Shown one piece after another: positions 10,784-21,609 of a stretch of 64,000 nucleotides of DNA; position 1 is the first letter of the stretch, and every line of letters begins with the position of its first letter. Source of the DNA: a bacterium (GTDB lineage: Bacteria; Zixibacteria; MSB-5A5; GN15; FEB-12). The stretch covers positions 167,053 to 231,052 of the forward strand of contig JBDRNJ010000072.1 in the NCBI GenBank assembly GCA_043811375.1, written 5' to 3'. A model generated the notes under the pieces. That model did no database searches, was not told the DNA's origin, and worked only from the letters and a program-made list of their open reading frames with translations. The position numbers and the translations under genes were made by a program.

Positions 10784-10819
10784 GTACATGGTCATACCAG
10801 TGTCATATCTGGAGGTTGT

Positions 10820-12868
10820 TTGAGACAATTGGCTGTTATCCTGGTCAGCGCCCTCTGTATCGGCCCGGTCCGGTCAGAGGTAGGCATTCATATCGAACGG
10901 GCCATGTGTGCTTATCCGGGGAACCAGATTTCGGTTGCCATCACTCTGGAGAACCCGCCGCCGGCTCTCGAGCTGGGCGGTTTTGACCTGATGTTTGTAT
11001 ATGACTCAACACTCCTGCTGCAGACCGTGACGATGGGACCACTCCTGACCGGCTGCCAGTGGGAGTATCTTGACTACATCACCTGCGGCACCTATTGTGC
11101 TCGGATTGTAGCCATAGCCGATATCGCCAACGGTTCCCATCACCCGACCTGTTATGCTGATTCCTCGGGCATACTGGCCGAGGCAACTTTCCTGGTAACC
11201 AGCGCACCGCCATCGGGCAGCGAGTTTGAGGCCATAAGATGGATGTGGACCGACTGCGGGGACAATGCCGTCTCATCACGGACCGGCGATACGCTATATG
11301 TTTCTGATGATATCTTCCATTTCGACGGCAATTATGAATACTTGATCACATTAGACACTACTCTGCCGACTCCCACCGGCGTCCCCGACGCTTGTCTTTC
11401 AGGCGGTGGCGGTATAGAACGGGCAATTGATTTCTATGGTGGCGGAATTGAAGTTATGACCACCGATACCCGGCCGCCGGTTGCCTATTGTCCGGCTGAT
11501 ATCACAGTCGGCAACGATCCCGGCCTGTGCGGAGCGACGGTCGCCTTCGAAGCAGACGCCAGCGACAACTGTCCCGGTGTTACTATTAATTGTGTACCGG
11601 CCTCGGGTACCTTCTTCTGGGCCGGTATGACCCGGGTAGGCTGCACGGCGGTCGATGCCTTAGGAAATACCGACACCTGCGGATTCTACGTAACCGTCCT
11701 TGACACCACCCGGCCGATTGCCGAATGTCCGCCCGACACCACAGTCGACAACGACTCCGGTCTGTGCGGAGCAGTGGTGACTTTTAATACTGCCGTGATT
11801 GACAACTGTCCTGCTTCCATCAACTGCACACACGCTTCCGGGGCTTTCTTTGATATCGGGACCACTGCCGTTACCTGTGTCGCTGTGGACGGTTCAACCA
11901 ACAGCGACATCTGCACTGCCGAGATCACCGTTCGCGACGCCGAACCGCCGATAGTCAACTGCCCGTCCGGCGTAACCATCGGCAATGACCCCGGACAGTG
12001 CCACGCAGTGGTAGACTTCGAGGCGTCGGCGGCGGACAATTGTCCCGGTGTGGAAGTGACGGTAACACCACCGGCGGGTTATTTGTTTGCAATCGGCACC
12101 ACCCCGGTGCAGGTGGTCGCCGTGGACGTTTCCGGGAACGCTGATACCGGCTGGTTCGATGTATTGGTGGAAGATACCGCCGGACCGGTCATCACCTGTC
12201 CCCTTGATGTCGATATCCCCAATGACAGCGGTGAGTACGGCGCCGTTGCCGGTTTTGTCCTGTCGGCTGACGACAATTGCTCGGTGGCATCGCTGCTGGC
12301 GGTGCCGCCTTCCGGTACGTTGTTTCCCAATGGTACTACATTAGTGACGATAACCGCTGCCGACCCGGCCGGCAACACCGACACCTGTGTTTTCAGTGTC
12401 ATGGTGACGCTCAATGATCCTGACGGCGATGGACGGCCGAACTGGGACGATAACTGCCCACAGAACTTTAATCCCGACCAGGTCGACACTGATAATGACG
12501 GCTGCGGCGACAGTTGCGACGTCTGCACTGATGTCGACGGCGACGGTTACGGGGACCAGGGCGTCCCCAGTGACACATGCGCTCCCGATAATTGCCCTGA
12601 CACCTACAATCCCGATCAGTCGGATGCAAATGGTGACGGTATCGGTGACGCTTGTTGTTGTTTTGCTCGCGGCGACGTGGATGGTATCGAAGATATCAAT
12701 GTCGCTGACCTGACCTGGCTGGTCGAGTATCTGTTCCGCAACGGCGTCGGGCCGCCATGTCCGAATGAAGGTGATGTCGACGGCAGTAGTTTCATCGATG
12801 TCGGTGACCTGACATACCTGGTAAACTATCTGTTCCAGGGCGGACCGGCACCGCCGGCGTGCCCGTAG
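10820..12868 (+). CDS. Secreted protein: cohesin-like N-terminal domain, four HYR repeats, TSP3-like repeats, dockerin-like domain
   Basis: Four DTxPPxxxCPxDxxxxNDxGxCGAxVxF...DNC...SGxxFxxGxTxVxxxAxD repeats; DxDGDG motifs; dockerin tail. The N-terminal ISVAITLEN...GGFDLMFVYD segment resembles a cohesin fold (inference). Confidence 0.88.
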   Translation: MRQLAVILVSALCIGPVRSEVGIHIERAMCAYPGNQISVAITLENPPPALELGGFDLMFVYDSTLLLQTVTMGPLLTGCQWEYLDYITCGTYCARIVAIADIANGSHHPTCYADSSGILAEATFLVTSAPPSGSEFEAIRWMWTDCGDNAVSSRTGDTLYVSDDIFHFDGNYEYLITLDTTLPTPTGVPDACLSGGGGIERAIDFYGGGIEVMTTDTRPPVAYCPADITVGNDPGLCGATVAFEADASDNCPGVTINCVPASGTFFWAGMTRVGCTAVDALGNTDTCGFYVTVLDTTRPIAECPPDTTVDNDSGLCGAVVTFNTAVIDNCPASINCTHASGAFFDIGTTAVTCVAVDGSTNSDICTAEITVRDAEPPIVNCPSGVTIGNDPGQCHAVVDFEASAADNCPGVEVTVTPPAGYLFAIGTTPVQVVAVDVSGNADTGWFDVLVEDTAGPVITCPLDVDIPNDSGEYGAVAGFVLSADDNCSVASLLAVPPSGTLFPNGTTLVTITAADPAGNTDTCVFSVMVTLNDPDGDGRPNWDDNCPQNFNPDQVDTDNDGCGDSCDVCTDVDGDGYGDQGVPSDTCAPDNCPDTYNPDQSDANGDGIGDACCCFARGDVDGIEDINVADLTWLVEYLFRNGVGPPCPNEGDVDGSSFIDVGDLTYLVNYLFQGGPAPPACP

Positions 12869-13119
12869 GGGCCATTCCGTACCCGGAAGTAGCGAGAATC
12901 GAATCCCCCTGTCGGCTCTGGAGCGGCAGCGCACAACCTGCTGCTAATCAGTTGATTGCGGTAGAAACGCTGGCGTCGGACTGTTTGACGCTAAATCACA
13001 AAGATAAGATGTCGGCACCGGTCTGGTGCCGACATCACTGTAATTGTATAGTGGGCTGTCCTGTTCCGGATATCAGAGGTCCGGTTAAATCATTAAACAG
13101 CACACACCCTGTCTCTATA

Positions 13120-13410
13120 CTACTTGCTGACTGTCACCGTGCGTGAGGAAACCGTTATTAGCCCGGTAAATATGTTCATGATGAAATCCAGGGCGGACTG
13201 CTCAGTCTTGATTGTGTAATCATTTTCACCGGCAGCCATGACGTCAGTCTCCACATTGTTCAGCGGAACGATACCAAAGAGAATGTACCATTGACGCTCT
13301 TGCGAAGTTTCATTCCCCTGGGCACCACCACCGACAACGTGGGTATGGGCGGCACAGCCAACTATGAACACCATCACAGCCAGCATGAACACTGCTACAA
13401 CCTTTCTCAT
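13120..13410 (-). CDS. Bor/Iss-family small lipoprotein
   Basis: Lipobox IVG-C; QWYILFGIVPL and a terminal RTVTV pattern typical of Bor-like proteins. Confidence 0.75.
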   Translation of the reverse strand: MRKVVAVFMLAVMVFIVGCAAHTHVVGGGAQGNETSQERQWYILFGIVPLNNVETDVMAAGENDYTIKTEQSALDFIMNIFTGLITVSSRTVTVSK

Positions 13411-13413
13411 TCC

Positions 13414-14040
13414 TTATCCTCCTTGATGAAGTGGTTTGAGGGTTCCTATTGATGATTCCAACGATTTGATCATTGTGGCATACACGGCACGCGGCACAAC
13501 ATACTGCAATTCAAGCGCGTCCCCTTCCGATGAAAGGCAGAGCAGTTGAAATCGCACGTGCACGCTGTCGGTAATGATAAAGTTCTTCACGTAAATGCTG
13601 TCAACCCAATAATCCCCGACCCTGACATTGTCGTTGCCGTATTCCGCCAGCACAGCCTGACGATATTTGTCTATAAAAATCGACGTATCCGCTGTCAGAT
13701 TCAGCCCGTCCACTGTCGAGACTATCAAACCGGAGCTGTGTTGTTCATCGAAAAAGAACCGGATGAACTCTATCATTCCCTCCGGGCTAACCTCTTGCGT
13801 AAACCTCGTATGGAGGATTTCGAAAAGAGAGTCAGGAATGGGCACAAAATCGACCGGGGGGTGAAAACTTTTCCGGGCGGTAGCTACTTCACAAATCGGT
13901 CCCAGAAGAGAGTCCACAACATCAAAGCTCAACTGTTGCGCGGTTGACTGATCACTACCGGAGGAATGACACCCTACGATAAGCGGCAACAACAACAGAA
14001 GCGCTTTACGCCCAAGATTATCCCACTGCACTTTCATCAA
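13414..14040 (-). CDS. Hypothetical lipoprotein
   Basis: Lipobox LIVG-C; ends 3 nt upstream of the Bor-like gene, whose RBS (AAGGAGG) lies in its 3' end. Confidence 0.75.
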   Translation of the reverse strand: MMKVQWDNLGRKALLLLLPLIVGCHSSGSDQSTAQQLSFDVVDSLLGPICEVATARKSFHPPVDFVPIPDSLFEILHTRFTQEVSPEGMIEFIRFFFDEQHSSGLIVSTVDGLNLTADTSIFIDKYRQAVLAEYGNDNVRVGDYWVDSIYVKNFIITDSVHVRFQLLCLSSEGDALELQYVVPRAVYATMIKSLESSIGTLKPLHQGG

Positions 14041-14221
14041 GTATAATTATCAGATTGTGCATAGGTTATTGTCAAGTTGTATTTCTTGTCAATCAGCATT
14101 ACCGAGGCTTGAAAAAGCTGGCTTTTGGTCGATTTTTTGTATAAATAGCGTGTCGATTGGACCCGATCACACCCCGGTCAGAATGTTGCCGGGGCTTTCG
14201 TGTTCGAAAAACAGGAGCCGT

Positions 14222-17200
14222 ATGTACGAAGCGTCACAGACAGAAACAACTTCGTCACACACTACCGGATCGAAGCTTGGTACAATTCTGAATCGCTGGA
14301 ACCGCTACCAGCCGGTGGTCGATCTGTGTCACGCTCTCACCGACGAAACTACCGCCCACCTGACAGTAACCGGACTGTCCGGTTCATCCGAAGCGTTCCT
14401 GCTCAATGCCATTACCGGTCAGACGGACAGCCCGATCTTGATTATCGTGGAGAACTCCGAACAGGCCAGTGACCTCTACGATGATCTGAGTTTTCTGATG
14501 CCGGCGGGACAGGTGGGTCACTTCCCCGCCCGGCAGATTCTGCCTTATGATTTCCGCGCGCCCGTGGGTGAAATCATGGGGCGGCGCATTTCAACGCTGG
14601 CCGGTCTGGCCGATGGTGAGTTGCGAGCGGTTGTCTGTCCCGTGCGGGCTCTGCTGGAACCGACCCTGGCCCGCGATTACCTGCAGTCGGGCCGTATCAA
14701 CCTCAGGATAGGTCACGAGACCGATCTGGACGACCTTGTTCAGCGCCTTTTGACGCTCGGTTTTCGTCGAGTACCGGTGGTGGAAGAAGTGGGCGATTTC
14801 GCGCTGCGCGGTGGTCTGGTAGATTTCTTTACACCCGGCGCCGCAGCACCGGTGCGAGTCGAGTTCTTCGGCGATGTGGTGGATACCATCCGCGAATTTG
14901 ATGTCGCTACCCAGCGCACTATTCAAAAGGTGAACACCGTTTCCCTGCTGCCCAAACGGGAAGTGCCCATCACCCAGGAGACGCTGGAAGAGTACCTGTG
15001 CCATATTCCCGAAGATGATGCCGACTTTATCCGATCACGCTACCTCAACGACCCGGAACTGCCCGGGCTGGAGTGGTTGTCGGTTATGTTTGGCATGAAA
15101 CAGGGCTGCCTGCTGGATTATTTTCCCGAAAACGGCATTGCCTATCTTCAGGGCGAGGGAATCCTGAAAGCGGAGGCGGCGGCGATCCTCGACGAAGCGC
15201 ACTCTCTCTACGAACGCCTGAAGGGACGTATCACCTCCCTGCCTGTTCCTGAAAGCTACTACCACTCACCGGAGGCTTTATTTGCGGCTATTGACGGTCA
15301 CCGAAAGATCGACCGGGTGCCGTTCCGCGGTGGGCGCGCACATATAATTGATTTCCAGTGCCGGTCCCACCCGGCGTTTGGCTCCCGGCTGGATCTGCTG
15401 TTGAAAGAGACGGCTCAATACGACGCTGCCGGAGTTGACTATTTCATTGCCGTCGACAGCGAAGGACAGGCTGCACGCCTGGGTGAACTGATTGCCGAAC
15501 GGGTCGGTCTGGAAAGTCCGCCGTTGATCGAGAAGGCCGATCTGAGGAGTGGCTTTGTCTGCCGGTCGGGCGGTTTTACCATCCTGACCGACCATGAGAC
15601 ATTCGGCCGTCACCACCGCCGCGTGCGCCGCAAGCAGTTCAAGGAAGGGGTGGCGATATCGAATTACTCCGACCTGCTGCCAGGTGATTTTGTGGTTCAC
15701 ACCTCGTACGGTATCGCTCTTTACGTTGGACTGAAAACGATTACCGTCGACAATCGCAGCCGCGACTGCCTGCTGCTGCAATACGCCGACAACGACCGCC
15801 TGTACGTGCCTATCGAAGAATTCAACCGGGTCTCCAAGTACTCCGGCAAAGACACCGCACCGGTCCTGACGCACCTGGGCGGACCCGGCTGGGACAAGCT
15901 CAAGAAAAAGACCAAAAAAGCCATCGCCGACATGGCGGCGGACCTGCTGAAACTGTATGCTTCGCGGAAGGACCAGCCGGGCTTCTCTTACGGCGAGGAT
16001 ACCGTCTGGCTCAGACAACTGGAAACGTCATTCACCTATCAGGAAACTCCCGATCAACTCAAGGCGATCAATGATGTCAAGTTCGATATGTCTCAGAACA
16101 AACCGATGGATCGGCTGGTTTGCGGAGACGTCGGCTACGGCAAAACCGAAGTTGCGGTGCGGGCGGCGTTCAAGGCGGTTGAGCAGGGAAAACAGGTGGC
16201 GGTGCTGGTGCCGACGACGGTGCTGGCGCAACAGCACTTTCATACTTTTTCCGAAAGGCTGCACGAGTTCCCGGTGAAAATCGAAATGCTCTCCCGCTTC
16301 CGCAAACGCAAGCAACAACTGGAAATCATCAACCAACTGGCTGAAGGTACGGTTGACCTGGTCATCGGCACGCACCGATTACTGTCGAAAGATGTCTACT
16401 TCAAGGACCTGGGGCTGCTGGTGGTTGACGAGGAGCACCGCTTTGGGGTCCGGCATAAGGAAAAGCTGCGGCAGCTGAAAATAACCGTCGACACCATCGC
16501 CATGTCGGCCACGCCAATCCCGCGCACGCTGCAGATGTCACTGATGGGCGTGCGCGACATGAGCCTGATCCATACCTCCCCCAAGGATCGCCTGCCGATC
16601 ATTACCGACATTGTGGAGTTTGACCCGGCTATCATTGCTACCGCCATCCTGCGTGAGATCGATCGTGGCGGGCAGGTCTTTTTCGTGCACAACCGGGTGC
16701 AGACGATTCAGTCGATGTACCGCTACTTGAAAAAGATCGTCCCCCAGGCGGAGATCGCCGTCGCCCACGGGCAGATGCACGAACGCTCATTGGAAGGGAT
16801 CATGCTGGCCTTTCTGGCCAAACAGTACAACGTCCTGTTGTGCACGGCGATTATCGAGTCGGGACTGGACATTCCCTCGGTCAACACGATCATCATTCAT
16901 CGGGCCGACCGCTTCGGACTGGCGCAGTTGTACCAGTTGCGCGGGCGGGTCGGCCGCAGCGCTGTTCGCGCTTATGCCTACCTGATAACGCCGCCGGTCA
17001 AAACGATGAAAGCGGACGCCATCAAACGGCTGCGGGCGCTGGAAGCCCACTCCGATCTCGGTTCCGGGTTTGCGCTGGCCATGCGCGACCTGGAGATTCG
17101 CGGCGCCGGAACTGTCCTGGGGGCGCGGCAGTCAGGCTTCATCGAAGAGATCGGGTTCGACATGTACAACAAACTTCTCGAAGAAGCTGTCGCCGAACTC

Positions 17201-17662
17201 AAGGGAGAACAACTCAAACGCCCTCCCGACACCAAGCTGGAAATTGACATCGAGATTCACCTCAGCGACCGGTACATATCTGACCGCCGGCAGAAGGTCG
17301 ATATCTACCGTCGTCTCGCCAATGCCGGCACGCTCGACGAAGTGGAGAATATACGAGACGAAGTCTCCGACCGCTTCGGCAAACAGCCGCAGTCGGCGGT
17401 GAACCTTTTTGACGCGGCAGCGGTCAAGATATCGGCGGCGGCGCTGGAGATCGAGAAGGTCAAGCTGCGTGACGGCATGGTCAACCTTTTCTTCAAGGAA
17501 GGGCGTCCGATCACCCGCGACGAGGTGCAGGCGTTTCGCAAAGGGACCGACCGTCCGCTGGAGTTTTCGTTAGCCGGTCGGTCACAAGTGATTCTTGATC
17601 TGTCACAACTCCCCATCACCGGACGCCTGCCGCATCTGAGAGGGATGCTGGGGAAGGTGTAG
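14222..17662 (+). CDS. mfd: Transcription-repair coupling factor
   Basis: UvrB-homology region, CarD-like domain, GDVGYGKT, DEEH, SATPIPRT, QLRGRVGR and TRCF C-terminus. ATG at 14222 preferred over the ORF-track start at 14057. Confidence 0.97.
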   Translation: MYEASQTETTSSHTTGSKLGTILNRWNRYQPVVDLCHALTDETTAHLTVTGLSGSSEAFLLNAITGQTDSPILIIVENSEQASDLYDDLSFLMPAGQVGHFPARQILPYDFRAPVGEIMGRRISTLAGLADGELRAVVCPVRALLEPTLARDYLQSGRINLRIGHETDLDDLVQRLLTLGFRRVPVVEEVGDFALRGGLVDFFTPGAAAPVRVEFFGDVVDTIREFDVATQRTIQKVNTVSLLPKREVPITQETLEEYLCHIPEDDADFIRSRYLNDPELPGLEWLSVMFGMKQGCLLDYFPENGIAYLQGEGILKAEAAAILDEAHSLYERLKGRITSLPVPESYYHSPEALFAAIDGHRKIDRVPFRGGRAHIIDFQCRSHPAFGSRLDLLLKETAQYDAAGVDYFIAVDSEGQAARLGELIAERVGLESPPLIEKADLRSGFVCRSGGFTILTDHETFGRHHRRVRRKQFKEGVAISNYSDLLPGDFVVHTSYGIALYVGLKTITVDNRSRDCLLLQYADNDRLYVPIEEFNRVSKYSGKDTAPVLTHLGGPGWDKLKKKTKKAIADMAADLLKLYASRKDQPGFSYGEDTVWLRQLETSFTYQETPDQLKAINDVKFDMSQNKPMDRLVCGDVGYGKTEVAVRAAFKAVEQGKQVAVLVPTTVLAQQHFHTFSERLHEFPVKIEMLSRFRKRKQQLEIINQLAEGTVDLVIGTHRLLSKDVYFKDLGLLVVDEEHRFGVRHKEKLRQLKITVDTIAMSATPIPRTLQMSLMGVRDMSLIHTSPKDRLPIITDIVEFDPAIIATAILREIDRGGQVFFVHNRVQTIQSMYRYLKKIVPQAEIAVAHGQMHERSLEGIMLAFLAKQYNVLLCTAIIESGLDIPSVNTIIIHRADRFGLAQLYQLRGRVGRSAVRAYAYLITPPVKTMKADAIKRLRALEAHSDLGSGFALAMRDLEIRGAGTVLGARQSGFIEEIGFDMYNKLLEEAVAELKGEQLKRPPDTKLEIDIEIHLSDRYISDRRQKVDIYRRLANAGTLDEVENIRDEVSDRFGKQPQSAVNLFDAAAVKISAAALEIEKVKLRDGMVNLFFKEGRPITRDEVQAFRKGTDRPLEFSLAGRSQVILDLSQLPITGRLPHLRGMLGKV

Positions 17663-17728
17663 GGGAATGCGACTGTGAACCGCGATCGCAGATCGCGGCC
17701 ACACAGACCGGCGTTGGAGCAGCTACAT

Positions 17729-17755
17729 GTAGGGCAGGTCTCGAAGAGACCTGCC
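17729..17755 (+). repeat. GTAG-headed REP palindrome
   Basis: GTAG-GGCAGGTCTC-GAA-GAGACCTGCC; a second copy lies on the minus strand at 25685-25715. Confidence 0.8.
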
Positions 17756-17932
17756 AAGTCAACCTACCCCACCTTCATATTATCAATCAACCGCACGCGG
17801 TGTAGTTTCCACCGCCAGGGAACAGATGGTGCTCTTGACCACTCTCTTTACCGGCGTCAGTGAGGTAAAATCAACTACAACTGCAGAAACACAAGGGCTT
17901 CCGCACTACGGCCATTGATCCGGCACTGCCGG

Positions 17933-19252
17933 TTACTTAAACGCACCCCAGACCGGGTTGGAGCAGTTACCGCTTTTGGTCACGCGGCGCTGGTTACGGC
18001 CGGTGATGTCCATCGTGTACAGATCACGCGGACCGAGCCGGGTCGAAGAAAAAATGATATGTTTGCCGTCGGCTGAAAAATGCGGGTTCTCGTTGGCGCC
18101 GACTTCGGTCAAAATCCGGTAATCGTGACCGGAAGTAGCTATCGACGCAATATCGAAGCGCCCCGACTTGGTGCGGCTGACAAAAGTGATACGATGGCTG
18201 CGGTGGGACCAGACGGGGGAATCATTGTAGCTACCTTCGTAAGTAAGACGTCGAACGTTCAGTCCGTCGGCATCCATGATGTATATCTGCGGACGACCGG
18301 AGCGATCGGAGGCAAAGGCGATCTCCTGCCCGTCGGGCGACCAGGTCGGCGAGGTATCGATAGACCAGTGGTAGGTCAGACGCTTGATGATTTTCCCCTC
18401 AAGGTTAAGCACATAGATTTCGGAGTTGCCGTCGCGGGTCAGTACGCAGGCAATCTTGTTGCCGTCGGGTGAAATCGCCGGCGCCGCCACAATGCCGGGA
18501 AAACTGGTCACCCGGGAAATCTTGTCGCTGTAAACATTGACCTTGTACAGTTGCGGGTCACCATCCATATAGCTGGTGAAATAGACTTCCTCCCCGTCGG
18601 GCGTAAAAAACGGCGAAATGCTGATGGAACCGACATCGGTCAACTGGCGTTCGCTGGCGCCGTCGAAATCGGCGACAAACAATTCTTTACCCTCGCCCAC
18701 TTTTTTAGCGTAGACAATCTTGGTCCGGAAGATGCCCTGCTCGCCGGTCAGGGTGTGCACGATTTCATTGGCGACATCGTGTCCCAGCTCGCGCCAGGAG
18801 GTGCGGTGCTGCTCCAGTGTTCCCCGGGCAAACTGCTGCTTGCGGACGGTATCAAACAGTCGCCAGCGGACGCGCATGTTGGAGCCGGGGAACTCCGCCT
18901 CAAGTCTGACAAGATAGGTTGCCCCCAATCGCTGCCAGCCCAGCAGGTCCAGATCTGCAATCTCGTAGACTCTCATATAAAAGGTGTCAATCGGCACCAA
19001 CTCGAAGTCGGCGTAGAAATCAACATCGAACTGCACGATGCGGGTGGTGTAGGCCATCAGGGTGGAATCGTCCGGCCCGATGTAACGGCTACCTATATAA
19101 CGCATCTCGTCGACGCCAATCAGCGTCGCTTGCACATCGCCGGTACGCAGTGTGTCAAAGAAGACGTTGCGGACGTTTTCCTGCTGGGCGGTCACAACAC
19201 CAACCGGGAACAGGGAGATTGCCAGTAACAATGCAGTCATTCTAAGAAGCAT
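17933..19252 (-). CDS. tolB: Tol-Pal beta-propeller protein TolB
   Basis: Signal peptide; EIVHTLTGEQGIFRTKIVY; PD40 repeats (PAISPDG, PTWSPDG...FASDRSGRPQIY). Confidence 0.93.
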   Translation of the reverse strand: MLLRMTALLLAISLFPVGVVTAQQENVRNVFFDTLRTGDVQATLIGVDEMRYIGSRYIGPDDSTLMAYTTRIVQFDVDFYADFELVPIDTFYMRVYEIADLDLLGWQRLGATYLVRLEAEFPGSNMRVRWRLFDTVRKQQFARGTLEQHRTSWRELGHDVANEIVHTLTGEQGIFRTKIVYAKKVGEGKELFVADFDGASERQLTDVGSISISPFFTPDGEEVYFTSYMDGDPQLYKVNVYSDKISRVTSFPGIVAAPAISPDGNKIACVLTRDGNSEIYVLNLEGKIIKRLTYHWSIDTSPTWSPDGQEIAFASDRSGRPQIYIMDADGLNVRRLTYEGSYNDSPVWSHRSHRITFVSRTKSGRFDIASIATSGHDYRILTEVGANENPHFSADGKHIIFSSTRLGPRDLYTMDITGRNQRRVTKSGNCSNPVWGAFK

Positions 19253-19253
19253 T

Positions 19254-19937
19254 TCAGTATCCTGAAGCGTATTTGAAGGGAAGAGTTATACCGATGATTT
19301 CGTCCCGAAACTCACGCGGCAATGGCGGAAACGGCGACGAACTCTGTACCGCCTGCAAGCAGGCATCGTCAAAGGCGCCAAAACCCGATGACGTCTCCAC
19401 CCGCAGCTCGATCAGACGCCCGGAACGAATCACCTGGAAGTATACCACGCAGACCAGCGTAGCGTCGGAACCGACCGGATTGCGCCAGTTGCCGGCGATC
19501 TTATTAAAAGCCTGCGTGAACCAGTAGGGATAGTCAAAGGAAGCATTGTCGATAGTCGCTCCCTGAAAGGGTGAACCACCGCCGGTGGCTGATGATTCGA
19601 TCTCCTTCTCACCGGCTCCGGCATCGGACGGCACCTGGCCGGTCGTTTTGGGCTTGGGCTTTTTTGGCTCTTCCTTTTTCTTCGGTTCTGATTCGATAAC
19701 GGCCTTGGCGGCGGTGGTGGGGGCGTCGATGGGGATATCCGGCAACACTTCCAACATCGGCTTGGGAACTGTAATAGGAGTCGGTTCCGACGGCGTTATC
19801 TCCGGAAGCGATGTCAACGATACCCGAATCACTTCACCGAAATCCTTCTGTCTCTTCAGATCGAAGGGCGCCGATACTACCGTAGCCATTATGATGGCCG
19901 CGTGCAGACACAGAGACAGGACTATGTCGCGCTTCAT
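19254..19937 (-). CDS. tolA: TolA/TonB-family energy transducer
   Basis: N-terminal TM with SLCLH, Pro/Lys-rich linker, TonB_C-like domain (SSGFGAFDDAC...PFPPLP); lies between tolR and tolB. Confidence 0.8.
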   Translation of the reverse strand: MKRDIVLSLCLHAAIIMATVVSAPFDLKRQKDFGEVIRVSLTSLPEITPSEPTPITVPKPMLEVLPDIPIDAPTTAAKAVIESEPKKKEEPKKPKPKTTGQVPSDAGAGEKEIESSATGGGSPFQGATIDNASFDYPYWFTQAFNKIAGNWRNPVGSDATLVCVVYFQVIRSGRLIELRVETSSGFGAFDDACLQAVQSSSPFPPLPREFRDEIIGITLPFKYASGY

Positions 19938-19940
19938 GTA

Positions 19941-20378
19941 TCACCGTCCCGTTTGCCGCCGGTGGCCTTGCTCATGCTGCTCGGTCACCAGACCGATCGA
20001 CTCAATACCCATATCTTTTAACCGTCCGATAACATCGATGGCAACACCATACACTACCGCCGAGTCGCCTCGCAGGTAAACGCTGGAGGTGTTCTTGCTC
20101 CGCATCTCACGTTTGAGAGCTTCCTCGAAACCATCTTGTCGAGCCCAGACGTCGTTGATATAAATGCCGCCCCTGGCATCGATGGTCACTACCACTCCTT
20201 CAGCTTCCTCTTCAATCGCGGCCGCCTTGGTCTTGGGCAGGTTGACCTCGATACCCGACTGCAACAAGGGAGCGGATATCATGAAGATAATCAGCAGCAC
20301 CAGGACCACGTCTACCAGGTTGGCGATATTGATATCCGCCATTGCCCGGTACTGCCGTCGCACACGGCGCTTTTTCAT
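19941..20378 (-). CDS. tolR: ExbD/TolR biopolymer transport protein
   Basis: INIANLVDVVLVLLIIFMISAP and LRGDSAVVYG motifs. Confidence 0.9.
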   Translation of the reverse strand: MKKRRVRRQYRAMADINIANLVDVVLVLLIIFMISAPLLQSGIEVNLPKTKAAAIEEEAEGVVVTIDARGGIYINDVWARQDGFEEALKREMRSKNTSSVYLRGDSAVVYGVAIDVIGRLKDMGIESIGLVTEQHEQGHRRQTGR

Positions 20379-21091
20379 CGGCTTTCCTTTTTAGCTCGCA
20401 CCAGAAACTCCAGGATGAAATTGCTGCCGTAATCGTTGAGGAACTTCATCTTATTGTTAGCCCAGTTAAAGGCGACCACAGCCGGGATAGCCGCGCCCAG
20501 ACCGACGATGGTGGCCAGCAGCGCTTCAGCAATTCCCGGAGCCACCACGGCCAGCGAAGCCGAACCGCGCTCCCCGATCGCCCAGAACGAGTCCATGATG
20601 CCCACGACGGTGCCCAGCAACCCCATAAACGGAGCGGCACTGGCGGTGGCGGCCAGAAAAATAATTTTTTGCTCCAGCCGACCCATTTGTTCCACCAGCG
20701 CCTTTTCCATAGTCATTTCGATAATCTCAAAATCGTCATCATCGATCGGACGGTGACTTTCCTGCAGCGCTCCCCCTTCGTTCTTCAGTTCGTGCAGTTC
20801 ACGAAGTTCGTTATAACCGGCTGTATAAATCCCGGCCAGAGGTGAGTCTCGGTGAGACTTGGCCTGACCCAGCGACTCCGCCAGTTGGCGCGAGCGCCTG
20901 AAGGTCTGCTGAAATATCCGGTTATCGCTTTCGACATTCCGGAACTGCCGCCACTTGTGAAAAATGATTACCCAGCAAACAATCGACATGAAAGTCAGTG
21001 CCAGCAGAATGAACAGCCCGAAAGCCGATGTCTGTCCGATGATCTGCCAGATCGATCCGGTGAAAATACTCAGTATCATAACATTATCCAT
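20375..21091 (-). CDS. tolQ: MotA/TolQ/ExbB proton channel protein
   Basis: APFMGLLGTVVGIM and VAPGIAEALLATIVGLGAAIPAV. Start is uncertain (21091 or 21127). Confidence 0.92.
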   Translation of the reverse strand: MDNVMILSIFTGSIWQIIGQTSAFGLFILLALTFMSIVCWVIIFHKWRQFRNVESDNRIFQQTFRRSRQLAESLGQAKSHRDSPLAGIYTAGYNELRELHELKNEGGALQESHRPIDDDDFEIIEMTMEKALVEQMGRLEQKIIFLAATASAAPFMGLLGTVVGIMDSFWAIGERGSASLAVVAPGIAEALLATIVGLGAAIPAVVAFNWANNKMKFLNDYGSNFILEFLVRAKKESR

Positions 21092-21311
21092 ACCTGTTGT
21101 ACGCCTGATGCGGTCGTTAGTTTGCACTCAGCCGAACCGACGGATGACCGGATCAAACCGAATTGCGGCTCGAAAATAGGCGGCCGATCGGTGCCCGTCA
21201 ACAAAAAGCGATAAAACAGGCGTTTACCTCAATTTATGGTTGACTCAACAGCAGACCCGGCGCATCATCGGGCTGTTCACCTGAGTTGAAAATGTTGATG
21301 AAAGGAGTGAC

Positions 21312-21527
21312 ATGAAAAGAATACTGGTTGGCTCGATGCTGATCGTACTGATCCTGGCAGCCGGTTGCGGCCAGAAACAGGACAGTCAGCCCGCAGACAA
21401 GGTCCCCACCGAAGTTAAACAGGCTGAAAGTATGGACAGCACTCGTCTGGATTCGGCTGCCATCGATTCTACCGTAGTGGATTCGATAGCTACGGAGACC
21501 ACCGAAGAGCCTCCCGACAGCATATAG
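21312..21527 (+). CDS. Small acidic lipoprotein
   Basis: RBS AAGGAG, lipobox LAAG-C, DS-rich low-complexity tail. Confidence 0.8.
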   Translation: MKRILVGSMLIVLILAAGCGQKQDSQPADKVPTEVKQAESMDSTRLDSAAIDSTVVDSIATETTEEPPDSI

Positions 21528-21544
21528 TACGACTCACTGCAAAC

Positions 21545-21581
21545 AAAAAAAGACCTCCCGTGACATTCACGGGAGGTCTTT
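21545..21581. terminator. Intrinsic terminator between convergent genes
   Basis: AAAAAAAGACCTCCCGTGA-CAT-TCACGGGAGGTCTTT. Confidence 0.85.
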
Positions 21582-21609
21582 CATAGCCGGTTGTAACCGT
21601 GTAATTATC

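Noticed and set aside
17662..17933. Missing pal after tolB as a novel feature
   Set aside because: pal can be encoded elsewhere, so its absence from one window is uninformative.
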